Assembly (NCBI GenBank): GCA_965197745.1
Contig: CBDANS010000007.1
Span: 64,001 to 128,000, forward strand
Direction: 5' to 3'
DNA: 64,000 bases
Origin: Opitutales bacterium
GTDB taxonomy: Bacteria; Verrucomicrobiota; Verrucomicrobiia; Opitutales; PNEW01
This document shows, one piece after another, positions 36,952 through 47,076 of the stretch. The notes beneath the pieces were generated by a model. The model saw only the letters and a list, made by a program, of their open reading frames with translations, was not told the DNA's origin and did no database searches. The translations under genes and the position numbers were made by a program. The first letter of the stretch is position 1. Each line of letters starts with the position of its first letter.

Positions 36952-36987
36952 AAACTAAGCGGTCGATTTGACTCTTTATGACCCGCT

Positions 36988-37374
36988 CTACGACTGACGC
37001 TGACCGAGACAATAACACAGTCCATCTGGGGCAATGACAAAAAAGACCCGAAAGGAGGTCTCTCCGTGTTGGTCAATTCGGTATCCAGCATCTTCTCGAT
37101 CAAGGCCATTTGACTTCAATTCATTAAAAGCAGCTTCCACTTCATCGACTTCAAAGAAACAGCCCTCCTGGGTTGGATCACCGCCATTCTCCGCGAGACC
37201 AATCTGGATACTATCTCTGCCCAGGACCGCAGATTTGCGTGGTGTATCGGTGCGCGACAGAACCTGAAACCCCATCACCGTCTGGTAAAAAGGGAGCGCA
37301 GCGTCGACACTTTCGACGGGAAGATTCATCGCGTCATCTGCATACGGTGCGGCATTCTTGAATATCGCTGCCAT
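36988..37374 (-). CDS. VOC family protein
   Basis: FYQTVMGF and FFVIAPDG motifs. Confidence 0.8.
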   Translation of the reverse strand: MAAIFKNAAPYADDAMNLPVESVDAALPFYQTVMGFQVLSRTDTPRKSAVLGRDSIQIGLAENGGDPTQEGCFFEVDEVEAAFNELKSNGLDREDAGYRIDQHGETSFRVFFVIAPDGLCYCLGQRQS

Positions 37375-37409
37375 GATTATTCCTATGATGAGATAATAAT
37401 GGATTAGTG

Positions 37410-37465
37410 AACGTGCATTTATGAGTATCGGTTATTGTGTGAAGAATGGCAACTAGCAAATCTTA
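37410..37465 (-). repeat. GTT-terminated attI-like repeat, copy E
   Basis: Minus strand TAAGATTTGCTAGTTGCCATTCTTCACACAATAACCGATACTCATAAATGCAC-GTT, upstream of the VOC gene. Confidence 0.55.
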
Positions 37466-37547
37466 AAGTAGATGGTTCTTCTACAATGCGAATCGTTTGA
37501 CTATTTAAACCTTCGCCTTCATCCTTCCAGTTATTTACATCAATATT

Positions 37548-37688
37548 AAGGTGGAACGCGTCCTGCGATGAGCTATGTCGAATCGTGTCCCTAGCGCGTT
37601 TGAATATGTCGTATTAGAAGAAGCGTGCTTGGAACAGCCGTCGCTGTGCATTGATAAGCTATGGCCGTCAGGCAGCCCGCTCCACCTT
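37548..37688. repeat. Nested REP-like elements
   Basis: AAGGTGGAAC...GCTCCACCTT inverted ends enclose other short motifs (GAGCTATGTCGAA; GCCGTCGC...GCTATGGCCGTCAGGC). Confidence 0.55.
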
Positions 37689-37750
37689 GAGCGGAGGCAA
37701 AATAATTATTATATATCTTAATCGTCCGGCTCCATAATGCTCATGGATGC

Positions 37751-38606
37751 CTAGCACGGTTTGTCACCGGCCAGGGTGACGCGATGCATGATGCGCCTGA
37801 ATCCGTGATAGTCATTTATGGGGTTGTGCTGGGTACAGCGATTATCCCAGAAGGCGAGGGAGCCTTGTCCCCAGCGAAAGCGGCTGGTGAACTCCGGCCT
37901 GACCTGGTGCTTGAAGAGTTGGTCGAGGAGAGACCGACTTTCCTCATCCGTCCAACCCTCGATATGCGTCGTATGGGCATTGTTGACGTACAGGGCCTTG
38001 CGTCCCGTTTCCGGGTGTGTGCGTACTGCCGGGTGCATTGCGCACAACACTTTAACTTCCACGCCATCATCGCGTAGGCGGTCCTCCCGCGTTTTAGCGA
38101 CCTCGGGTTTCGTCGAGTTGTTAACGCCGACCAGGTCGGTGAGTTTCGTTTTAAGATCCTCAGAGAGGGTTTCATAGGCCTTGTACTGATTGGCGAAAAG
38201 GGTGTCGCCGCCCGTGGGCGGGATCTCGACTGCGTAGAGCAGACTCGCCATCGGTGGATACTCGAGGTAGGTGGTGTCAGAGTGCCAGACGCCGCCGAAG
38301 TTCACGCGTTCATGCTCCAGCTTGATCACCGCGGTGACGAGCGGACACTCAGGCAGTCCTTTCAACTGGGGGTATTCCATTGGCTCGCCGAACTGCCGCG
38401 CGAAGTCGAGCTGCTCCTGCCTGGGGAGTAAGCTCCTGGTCGCGGAAAAAGATCACGAGGTAGTCAAGGAATGCCTGGCGGATTTCCGAAATAATTTCAC
38501 CTTCTAAAGGCTGCGAGATATCCACGCCATTGATTTCGGCGCCGAGCGCACCGTCAATCGGGCACACTTCGATAGTGCGAAAATTACGTTTCACCGCGTT
38601 ATCCAT
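37751..38606 (-). pseudogene. TauD/TfdA family 2-oxoglutarate dioxygenase, frameshifted
   Basis: N-terminal LGAEINGVD...VIFFRDQEL and C-terminal WHSD, GGDT, WDNRCTQH lie in different frames; an apparent 4-nt duplication CAGG-CAGG near 38415-38423. Confidence 0.85.
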
Positions 38607-38684
38607 TATTTTTTATTTTGTCGCGGCATCTTAGTCTAAGCTCGAGAGGAGTCATAGTGCGTGGCGAAGCTACACGAGATAGTC

Positions 38685-39107
38685 TTACTTCAATCGATAT
38701 CTTTTCGAATTCTCTGGCGAAGCGTAAACCACTTCCAGTTTAGTTCCATCGGGATCATAGAAAAACGTGGCATAGAATTCCTTATAGTGATACTCGGGAC
38801 AATCTACTGGAGGATCTTGAATTTTAACTCCGGGGAGCTTTCTGATAACTTTGTCATATATCTTATCAACGTATTCACGAGAGGGCGCGAAAAATGCAAA
38901 GTGATGAAGCCCTGCCATCCCCGTGTGAACTGGCCCCTGCCAGGCACCCTTTGTTTTCGCTTTTACAAGAATCAATAGAATTTCATCTTTAACATACACG
39001 TGACTCGCCTGATTCCGGAAACCAAGGGCTTTCATCAGCGGCATATAAAATTCAGCTGAGCGATTAAGATTCGAGCAGCAGATCTCAATATGATGGATTA
39101 CATTCAT
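38685..39107 (-). CDS. VOC family protein
   Basis: IHHIEI, GLHHFAF and YATFFYDPDGTKLE motifs. Confidence 0.88.
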   Translation of the reverse strand: MNVIHHIEICCSNLNRSAEFYMPLMKALGFRNQASHVYVKDEILLILVKAKTKGAWQGPVHTGMAGLHHFAFFAPSREYVDKIYDKVIRKLPGVKIQDPPVDCPEYHYKEFYATFFYDPDGTKLEVVYASPENSKRYRLK

Positions 39108-39136
39108 GATTATGCAGAACGTTTGGTAAGCAGTGT

Positions 39137-39991
39137 TTAAGTTTCTGTAGATTCACCTTTATTTCTAAAATAAATTCCCTCTGCGGTTCCTCCGAGTATC
39201 CATCGCTTGTCCTCAGCTGAAAAAAACGGGATCAAATCCATCATGACCAAAAACTCGAAGAAATTCGCAAAGAGCATATGTTCCGGTCCGTAGGCATCGT
39301 AGAGTCGCTTCAGAAACGGCCACACGTCCCGGTGGGGCAGGGCTTCACGTGATGGATTGTGAAGCGTTGTGCGCACATAGACATTCGGCAACCGGTGCAT
39401 CTCGAGGAGGGGACCGAAGCCGGCTTTATCGGGCGCGGATATGTCGATCATCGCGATGTGATCGATGACAACCTTTACACCCGGGAACCGTTCGGCCATA
39501 TCCGCGACCTGGCCCACCTGTTCCGGCGCCAGAAAGATGTTGAAGACCGCTCCGAGTTCTTGCGCTCGTTCCCAAAATGGATACATGCAGGTGTCATTGA
39601 ACCAGACTCGGTCCTTGTCATAGATTGGACTTAATCTCAGACCTACGAGGTTCTGCACTTTAATCAAGTGTTCCAGACGATCGGCATTTGCGGAGTCCCC
39701 AGGGTCGAACAGGTTATAGCCCACGAGGAGACCGATACCAGCAAATCGATCGGGCCACTTTTGGATCGCGTAAATAGTGTAGTCGTTATTTCTACCGTAA
39801 TAACAGACGTGACTGATCACGGTCTTGTCGATCCCGTAGATCTGCATTTCGGCGATCAGGTGTTCGGCTGAATATTCACTGTCGGGAGCAAGAAAGGTCC
39901 CGCAGCTCGCTTCCTCAGGAATGATCGGAAACCTGGGATCGTGTATGACCCATGCGTGCTCAGCGGCATTGATAATCGGCGGTGAATCCAT
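39137..39991 (-). CDS. Amidohydrolase family (Amidohydro_2-like) protein
   Basis: xHAW start motif, GLRLSP, VVIDH and ILGGTA. Confidence 0.82.
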   Translation of the reverse strand: MDSPPIINAAEHAWVIHDPRFPIIPEEASCGTFLAPDSEYSAEHLIAEMQIYGIDKTVISHVCYYGRNNDYTIYAIQKWPDRFAGIGLLVGYNLFDPGDSANADRLEHLIKVQNLVGLRLSPIYDKDRVWFNDTCMYPFWERAQELGAVFNIFLAPEQVGQVADMAERFPGVKVVIDHIAMIDISAPDKAGFGPLLEMHRLPNVYVRTTLHNPSREALPHRDVWPFLKRLYDAYGPEHMLFANFFEFLVMMDLIPFFSAEDKRWILGGTAEGIYFRNKGESTET

Positions 39992-40104
39992 CTTAAGAAT
40001 GCGAAATGGGTAATGAGAAAGGGTCAAACGTATAAATTAAATATTAAAGTCTGTTGAATAATTAATTATACGACATCGGCAACCTCTTTCAATCTCGTGA
40101 TACT

Positions 40105-41004
40105 TTAAGCGATATTCAACTGCTTCACCAGGGTTTGAGCCGCATCTTCACTCTGTTCAAATTGGATATCCGAATACAGTGTCCACGTTTCGCGGTGGGT
40201 CACGGTTTCCCCGGGAGCGATCACGGATTTTGGAGCCACCGTTTCCAGTTCAATAAGGCGGGGATCGCAATAAACCTGGCTGGAACTGCCTCGGTCAAAA
40301 TAGGGGACATGGGGGTGATAATCGGCATGTTTCACATACAGCGTTTCGTCGCGATGATAAGCCAGCCATCCATCGGGGTTGGGAAAGCCGAATTTCAGCA
40401 TCCCCTTCTGCATATTCGCTTCAACAAAAATAAAACGGTTACCCCACTGTATGTGCGGACTGGCAATGTCGGTAAAGGACCACAAAGCAATACTGCGATT
40501 AGGCCAAACTCCGTCAGGGTCGACGTTCTCAGTTAGCTGCGGAAGAAGAGCCACGCCGCCCTCTGGCAATTGCGTTATGGCCCAGGGGGCCGTTTCGATT
40601 GACCACATTCCCTCGTTTTTAAACCGGTGATCAACAATGACGGTGGGGCTATTATCCGGCAGTGTGATATGCATGGATTTTTGAATGCAGGTTTCGGGTT
40701 CGGTCGGTTGAATGACTTCCAGGCCATTCTCAATTGTCTTGATCTCTACCGGCTGGTTATCGGGCAGGTAGGTGCGCCCTTCTACCTGGGGAGCATGCCA
40801 CAATCGATGTCCCCCATATAGATTCAACTTTTCATCCTTACCCGGACAATCGAGGGTAAGATCCGGCAATTCGGCCAGCAGATTTTTACCCCCCGAAAAG
40901 CTCAACCGAATAATACGCGGTCCGACTGATTGAGTCACGAGCAGTTCTATGGATTCATTTTTTAAACGAACACAGTCCAGATCAAGAAATCGTGCAGTTT
41001 CCAT
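40105..41004 (-). CDS. Conserved hypothetical protein (galactose-mutarotase-like beta-sandwich)
   Basis: VGPRII, YGGHRLWHAP, ELET and HRETW motifs. Confidence 0.65.
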   Translation of the reverse strand: METARFLDLDCVRLKNESIELLVTQSVGPRIIRLSFSGGKNLLAELPDLTLDCPGKDEKLNLYGGHRLWHAPQVEGRTYLPDNQPVEIKTIENGLEVIQPTEPETCIQKSMHITLPDNSPTVIVDHRFKNEGMWSIETAPWAITQLPEGGVALLPQLTENVDPDGVWPNRSIALWSFTDIASPHIQWGNRFIFVEANMQKGMLKFGFPNPDGWLAYHRDETLYVKHADYHPHVPYFDRGSSSQVYCDPRLIELETVAPKSVIAPGETVTHRETWTLYSDIQFEQSEDAAQTLVKQLNIA

Positions 41005-41143
41005 GGGTACGTTTCATTGTTTACGCGGTTGGCCAATGCTTATGGTTTGTATGGCCGTTGGCAAGGTTTCCATGGCAGAGGTTGATACTGTTCAAGGGTT
41101 AGCAGGGTACTATCAAAATTATACATTTATAGCTGATGACCTG

Positions 41144-41337
41144 CGCCCCTTCAGAGCGCGTATTTATTATTCCCTTTGCCAGGGGTTAGCACCCCTGGCT
41201 AAATGCCTTCACCCCTTCGGGGTTATAGATTAACCAAAAATCCCACTCACTGATTACCGATCACCGACTATTATACTCTTCTATTCAATCGAAAAACGAC
41301 ATTCCGAAATCGACAATCGAAATCACCCCTACGGGGT
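41144..41337. repeat. Cluster of REP-like hairpins and heptamer repeats
   Basis: GCCAGGGGT-TAGC-ACCCCTGGC (41178-99), ACCCCTTCGGGGT (41211-23), ACCCCTACGGGGT (41325-37), and ATCGAAA/ATCGACA-like heptamers. Confidence 0.65.
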
Positions 41338-41439
41338 TAAAGATGATTCAATTAGTCTTCGTCTTCGTCCACTTGATATTTATTTCAATATCAAAAATGG
41401 AACGTGCCTATACTGTTTGATAGATTAACGATACAAAAT

Positions 41440-41516
41440 GGAGGGACGCGCTCCGTCGCGTCCGCATAATTTCATGCACATCGAATACCAACGGCCATGA
41501 CGGAGCATGGCCCTCC
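41440..41516. repeat. GGAG-type REP doublet
   Basis: GGAGGGACGCGCTCCGTCGCGTCCG and an inverted variant CGGCCATGACGGAGCATGGCCCTCC. Confidence 0.8.
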
Positions 41517-41584
41517 ATTAATGTGGAAGCAGACGAAGACGAAGATTGGTGTTTATCAATAGATCACCGCGCTCAGCCGGATAT

Positions 41585-42655
41585 TTACCAATGGGTATCA
41601 TTTAGCTTGAGAAAGAACGCCAGGCGTGCGATCTCTGCTTCTAATTCAGGGCGAAAATCTCGGTCCCTGGGACGTTGCTTAACGTATCCAATTTCGATAC
41701 TCAACTTTTCATTGACGACGTTTGCATTCGCCCACCCGATAACACGGTCAACCCAGAGGAGAGGCAAAGCGTAGTAACCGCGGAGGCGTTTAGCGCATGG
41801 CGTATAGGCTTCAAAGCGATAGGTCCAATTCCATAAATGCTCAAAGCGCTGGCGATCCCGGACCAAGGGATCGAACGGTGCCAGGAAACGAACCTGACGT
41901 GGCGGCTCATCGTGGACCTTCTTTGCTGCCGGCCATATATAGGAGAGCCCGTCGACCGTTTGATTTTCAAATTCACCCGTGTGGATCAGCTCGCGTAATA
42001 TCGTTTTACGACTGGCGATGCCCGGAACCAAATACTTGAAATAAGCGGCAATCGACAAGAGAAATCGCTCGTTAACGGGAGCAAGAATATTAGCTACCAC
42101 GCGCACGATTTCCCGGAAGCGATCTTCCGACGAGAGAGAATGGTTGGGAAGTAAATCCGCTTCATAGATACGAATTCCGTTTTCTCGTCGCGCCACTCGA
42201 AGAAGACCGCGATGGTGCAAGCCCTCGAGGGCGCGCTTAGTCGCCTTGGAGTAACCGCCCCAACCATTGACGACGCGCTCATCTCCGAAATGTGCTTTTA
42301 ACTCCCTCGGGTGTACCGGGCCGAATTTACGCACCACCTTAAGAACCTTCCGCTGCAGTTCGTAGATATCTTTAGTTATATTTCGAGGGTGCAATAAATT
42401 CGAAACGTGACGTGGGAGAAAGCCGTAAGCATAGAGTACATCTTCCTCGACATTCAGCTTCGCGTAACGGCGCTCAAGGTCCCCGACACGATATCCCTTG
42501 ACACGGTGACGCAGGATCAGATCCTGCGCGCGCGCCGGTGAGCGAATGGGATCAGCCTGGACGAATCCAAGACGATTGATGGCAGCTTTCAATGTTCCCG
42601 GAGGGAAGAGGGTTTGAGCAATCGCGTGAGCTCGCAGCTGTTTTACAGATGACAT
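41585..42655 (-). CDS. AlkZ/YcaQ-like winged-helix DNA glycosylase (crosslink repair)
   Basis: QxD motif (FVQADPI), LAPFDPLV, YRFEAYTP and GYYALP. Confidence 0.85.
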   Translation of the reverse strand: MSSVKQLRAHAIAQTLFPPGTLKAAINRLGFVQADPIRSPARAQDLILRHRVKGYRVGDLERRYAKLNVEEDVLYAYGFLPRHVSNLLHPRNITKDIYELQRKVLKVVRKFGPVHPRELKAHFGDERVVNGWGGYSKATKRALEGLHHRGLLRVARRENGIRIYEADLLPNHSLSSEDRFREIVRVVANILAPVNERFLLSIAAYFKYLVPGIASRKTILRELIHTGEFENQTVDGLSYIWPAAKKVHDEPPRQVRFLAPFDPLVRDRQRFEHLWNWTYRFEAYTPCAKRLRGYYALPLLWVDRVIGWANANVVNEKLSIEIGYVKQRPRDRDFRPELEAEIARLAFFLKLNDTHW

Positions 42656-42780
42656 AAATATTCAGGATGTATTTTCGTCGGAGACATAAAGTAGTCGATC
42701 TTTTTCCCGGTGATCCTTGTTTCCTTGAAAAATTTCAAGCAGTAGATCAGGCTGGGGGACCACTGGAAAAGAGGAGAACC

Positions 42781-43569
42781 ATGTTAGATAAGGAAGATAT
42801 AGAATTTTTTAACGAGAATGGGTATATACGCATTCCGCAGGTGTTTACTCCTGAGGAGACGGTTGAACTCGCGGATACGCTCGATCAACTGGTTGATGAT
42901 TGGGCCAATACTACGCCCGGCTGGAGTGGACCATGGAGACGCGTTTACATGGACGAGGAAACGGAGAAAAAAGCGAAACTCACGGCGATGCATGATCTTC
43001 ATCTCTATTCGGAAGCGTGGTGCCGGGCGGTGACCAACAAAAACCTTGTCGGTGCGATTTCACAATTGATCGGTCCAAATGTTGAACTGCACCATACCAC
43101 GATGCATATCAAACCACCGGAGACAGGTCATCTCTTTCCCATGCACCAGGATCACCCTTTCTATGAGCATGATGATGGACGCTATGTTGATGTCCTGGTA
43201 CACCTCGATGACACCAACGTGGAGAATGGAGAAATCCGATTTTTGGTTGGTTCCCACAAACAGGGCGCGTTAGTCCACATCCGTGAAACTGAAGCGGGCT
43301 CATGCTCACCCCACTTGCCGACCGACGTTTATAAACTCGAAGACTCTGTTCCGGTTCCCGCAAAACGCGGTGATGTCGTCTGTTTCAGCATTCACACGAT
43401 CCATGGGTCCTATCTCAATCGGACCGATAAACCGCGTCGTCTCGTTCGCTTCGGCTTTCGTGATCCGCACAATGTTCAGACCGCGGGTCAAAGCGTCGGC
43501 CGGCCCGGACTTCTTGTCTCCGGCTACCGGCAACGCCGCGAAGGGGAAGAGTTATTGAAGATGAATTAA
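42781..43569 (+). CDS. PhyH family Fe(II)/2OG dioxygenase
   Basis: FNENGYI, HQD and HGS..N..R motifs; start MLDKE after a GAGGAG RBS. Confidence 0.9.
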   Translation: MLDKEDIEFFNENGYIRIPQVFTPEETVELADTLDQLVDDWANTTPGWSGPWRRVYMDEETEKKAKLTAMHDLHLYSEAWCRAVTNKNLVGAISQLIGPNVELHHTTMHIKPPETGHLFPMHQDHPFYEHDDGRYVDVLVHLDDTNVENGEIRFLVGSHKQGALVHIRETEAGSCSPHLPTDVYKLEDSVPVPAKRGDVVCFSIHTIHGSYLNRTDKPRRLVRFGFRDPHNVQTAGQSVGRPGLLVSGYRQRREGEELLKMN

Positions 43570-43893
43570 AGGGTAATAACTCAAAATACCATCTTCACCT
43601 TTGCATTTTGATAGGGCGCAGATCTATGCTCGGTTATGCGATCATTTAAGTTAGAATGATAACTGGGATGGATCAATAATTTCGGATGGATCCTATCTCA
43701 AGGGATAGGGAATAGAGTTAAAAGGATATATAATATAAGTTAGTTCAATTATATTGCTATCGCCGCGCATCCTGGTTCTTGTATTTATTAATTGTTAAAA
43801 AAAGGTAAATACCACTCGATGCCGTGAAAGGCGCTTTTCAACGGGTTAAGTTGAATTAAGCTTCTGAATGAATCCCGGGAATTATAAATAAAG

Positions 43894-46800
43894 ATGACTG
43901 CTGTTTATGATAGCTGTGCCAAGTGGCTTAGATTAATGTGTATTATCATACCCTGCGCATTATATAGCCAGGCAGAAGATGCGCAAATATTTCTTCAGGC
44001 GGGACATACGAGTAATATTAATTCGGTAGCTTTCAGTCCCGATGGCCAATACTTTATATCAGGGAGTGGAGATAACGCCATCCGTCTCTGGCATCGAGCT
44101 ACCGATATAGCGATAAAGAAATATGAAGGGCATATCCGTAGTGTGAATGCGGTAGCCTTCAGTCCTGATGGCCAATATTTTATTTCTGGAAGTGGAGATA
44201 ACACTGTTCGGCTCTGGCATCGAGCTACAGTTGTAGCGGTAAAGAAATATGAAGGTCATTCCGGCAGTGTGAATGCGGTGGCTTTCAGTCCGGATGGCCA
44301 ATACTTTATATCTGGAAGCGGGGATAATACGATCAATCTATGGGACCGGGTTAGCGGAAATCTGGTTATGAAATATGAAGGGCATACGGGAAGTGTGAAT
44401 GCCGTGGCTTTTAGTCCCGATGGTCAATACATTGTCTCAGGAGATTCGGGTAGACTCGTCAGTGTTTGGGACCAGGTAAAAGGCAATCTGGTAAGGAAGT
44501 ATGATGGGCATACGAGAAGTGTTCACTCAGTGGCTTTTAGTCCCGATGGCCAGTACTTAATCTCGGGAAGCGCAGATAAAACGATCTGTCTATGGGACTG
44601 GGGCAGTGAGAACATCGTAATGAAATATGGAGGAAATGTCAGTAGTGTTAATGCGGTGGCCATTAGTAGCGATAACAAACACATAATCTCATCACACGAG
44701 GATAATAAGGTACGTCTCTGGGACCGCGCTACGGGGAGTTTAGTAAAAGCGTTTGAAAAGCATAGCGATAGTGTGCAATCGGTAGCTTTCAGCCCCGATG
44801 GGCAATATTTCATTTCAGGAAGTAGAGATAATACCATTTGTCTCTGGGACCGGGTCAGCGGTAAGCAGGTAAAAAAATATAAAGGGCATACGAGTGGCGT
44901 TTTATCCACAGCTTTCGATCACCATGGCCGATACGTTGTCTCGGGAAGTGGCGATAATACAATCCGTCTTTGGGACCGCGACCGCGGTAAACAGTTAAAG
45001 AAATTTGAAGGAGAATTCTTAAGCGTGCATTCAATAGCCTTCAGTCCCGATAGCCAATATATCGTTTCGGGAAGTGGCGATAATACAATTCGCCTTTGGG
45101 ATCCGGGTAGCGGGAGAATGGTACGGAAGATTGAAGGGCATACCAGTAGCGTGAATGCCGTAGCCTTCAGTCCCGATAGCCAATACATTGTTTCAGGAAG
45201 CGCGGACAACACGGTCCGTCTCTGGGGTCAGGCTACCAATAGTATGGAAAGGAAGTTTGAGGGGCACACGGGCAGCGTGAATACCGTGGCCTTCAGTCCG
45301 GATAGCCAGTATATTGTTTCAGGAAGCGCGGATAGAACGGTTCGTCTCTGGGATTGGGCCTACGATAAAATGGTACGGAAGTTTGTAGGGCATACAGGCA
45401 GCGTGAATTCAGTCGCTTTCAGTCCCGATGGCCAATTCATTATCTCCGCCAGCGAGGACTTCAGCATCAAGCTGTGGAATAGAGAGACCGGTAAACTGCT
45501 GGTAACGATCGTAGCTTTTAAAGATGGCGAATGGATAGCTTATACCCCTGATAAATATTACAATTCGTCCTTAAAAGGTGATCAATTTATGACTTTCAGG
45601 GTTGAAAATAGAATATTTGAGTTTAGCCAGTACGCTGATTTATATAAGCAGCAAGAGCTTACTTCGCTCATTTTAAACAATGAGGAAATTCAAACGCCAG
45701 TAGCTCGGATTATTAAAGAGACTGGAGTCGATATAAGGAAGGTAAAGGTGGCTGAAATACCGCCACCCGATTTAAATATCCATTATTTAGATGTTGGTGG
45801 ACTTAAAAAGAAACCTGAAAGTCAAAATATCAGTTTCTCTGAAATCATTCTCAATGGCGCAGTAAGAGAACATCGATTTGGGGTGGAGAATATCCGCGTT
45901 ACTTTAAACGGAGAAGAGATTTATAAGGAAGAAAATATTGGGAAAAAAGATTACCAGTTTAGAATCCCCGTAGTTTTAAAAGACTTCGAAAACAAGCTAA
46001 CTATATTGGCTTCGAGCACGAAAAAAGTCAGGAGTTATCCTTGGGAAATAAACCTTTCATATGAAGAAGCATTTCCAAACGGAAAAACACTGCCGGAAAT
46101 AGCTAAAAATTATTTTGGTAGTTCAAGAAGTTGGGCCGTGGTCATTGGCATCAATAATTATTCCCAGGAAAAAGGCTTTGATTACTTGCCTTATGCTGTC
46201 GATGACGCGAATGCGGTAAAAAAGTTTCTGATCAACAATCTGGATTTTTCAGAGGATAAAATCTTTACGCTTAAGAACGAAGAAGCGACAAAAGTAGCGA
46301 TAGAAAAACTGCTTGGAGATGAACTTCCGAGGAAGGTAAAAGAAAATGATCGTGTGATCCTGTTTTTTTCAGGTCACGGAGAAACGAGGACAACACGCAA
46401 AGGGAAAGAATATGGATATTTAATCCCCGTTGATGGTGATGAAAAAGCACTTCATGCCACGAGCATTTCGATGACAGATATGATCGACTGGTCTAATCTG
46501 ATCCCAGCGAAACATATGCTTTTTCTTATCGACGCCTGCTATGATGGAGTTGCGGGAAAAGAACGAAAAGGGAGAATAAATAAAGAATCAGTAAAGCAAG
46601 TGGAGACCTTTATAAAAAGTAATGGCCGACAAATTATGACAGCAGGAACATCCCGGGAAAGCATTATGCTGAGTAAGATGGGGAATAAACACAGTGTTTA
46701 TACCTATTATCTCTTAGAAGGATTGAGAGGTGAAGCTGATCGCAATGGGGATAGGGTAATCACCGTAAATGAACTTCAATTTTATTTAGGAGCTATTCTA

Positions 46801-46956
46801 CCTGCAGAAGCTAATCAGACACCCCAACTTCATTTTTTGGGCTCCGGTAAAGGGCAGTTTGTTTTTTATAGGGAAGAGAGAATGCACAAGGGTGTTGTGC
46901 CCTTATCACCGGCAAATGGACCGGTTTCTACAACTGTGCATAAACTCCGTCAGTAG
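43894..46956 (+). CDS. Secreted WD40-repeat protein with C-terminal caspase-like (peptidase C14) domain
   Basis: Signal-like N-terminus; 12 WD40 repeats of about 42 aa (GH..SV..VAFSPDG...SGS.D..IRLW); AVVIGINNY, FSGHG and IDAC (His/Cys dyad); QTP. Confidence 0.9.
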   Translation: MTAVYDSCAKWLRLMCIIIPCALYSQAEDAQIFLQAGHTSNINSVAFSPDGQYFISGSGDNAIRLWHRATDIAIKKYEGHIRSVNAVAFSPDGQYFISGSGDNTVRLWHRATVVAVKKYEGHSGSVNAVAFSPDGQYFISGSGDNTINLWDRVSGNLVMKYEGHTGSVNAVAFSPDGQYIVSGDSGRLVSVWDQVKGNLVRKYDGHTRSVHSVAFSPDGQYLISGSADKTICLWDWGSENIVMKYGGNVSSVNAVAISSDNKHIISSHEDNKVRLWDRATGSLVKAFEKHSDSVQSVAFSPDGQYFISGSRDNTICLWDRVSGKQVKKYKGHTSGVLSTAFDHHGRYVVSGSGDNTIRLWDRDRGKQLKKFEGEFLSVHSIAFSPDSQYIVSGSGDNTIRLWDPGSGRMVRKIEGHTSSVNAVAFSPDSQYIVSGSADNTVRLWGQATNSMERKFEGHTGSVNTVAFSPDSQYIVSGSADRTVRLWDWAYDKMVRKFVGHTGSVNSVAFSPDGQFIISASEDFSIKLWNRETGKLLVTIVAFKDGEWIAYTPDKYYNSSLKGDQFMTFRVENRIFEFSQYADLYKQQELTSLILNNEEIQTPVARIIKETGVDIRKVKVAEIPPPDLNIHYLDVGGLKKKPESQNISFSEIILNGAVREHRFGVENIRVTLNGEEIYKEENIGKKDYQFRIPVVLKDFENKLTILASSTKKVRSYPWEINLSYEEAFPNGKTLPEIAKNYFGSSRSWAVVIGINNYSQEKGFDYLPYAVDDANAVKKFLINNLDFSEDKIFTLKNEEATKVAIEKLLGDELPRKVKENDRVILFFSGHGETRTTRKGKEYGYLIPVDGDEKALHATSISMTDMIDWSNLIPAKHMLFLIDACYDGVAGKERKGRINKESVKQVETFIKSNGRQIMTAGTSRESIMLSKMGNKHSVYTYYLLEGLRGEADRNGDRVITVNELQFYLGAILPAEANQTPQLHFLGSGKGQFVFYREERMHKGVVPLSPANGPVSTTVHKLRQ

Positions 46957-47076
46957 TCGGTTCATTCTTGACCCTTTATTTCCGGCTGGAAATTCTAGCG
47001 TCACAGTCGATAAAGCCTTGCGTGGGAAAAGCATATTTCCTATCAACTTCATTTTTAAGCTATAAAGGATAATAAT

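Noticed and set aside
44000..45500. CRISPR-like periodic repeats
   Set aside because: The 126-nt periodicity is coding WD40 repeats with synonymous variation, not repeat-spacer units.
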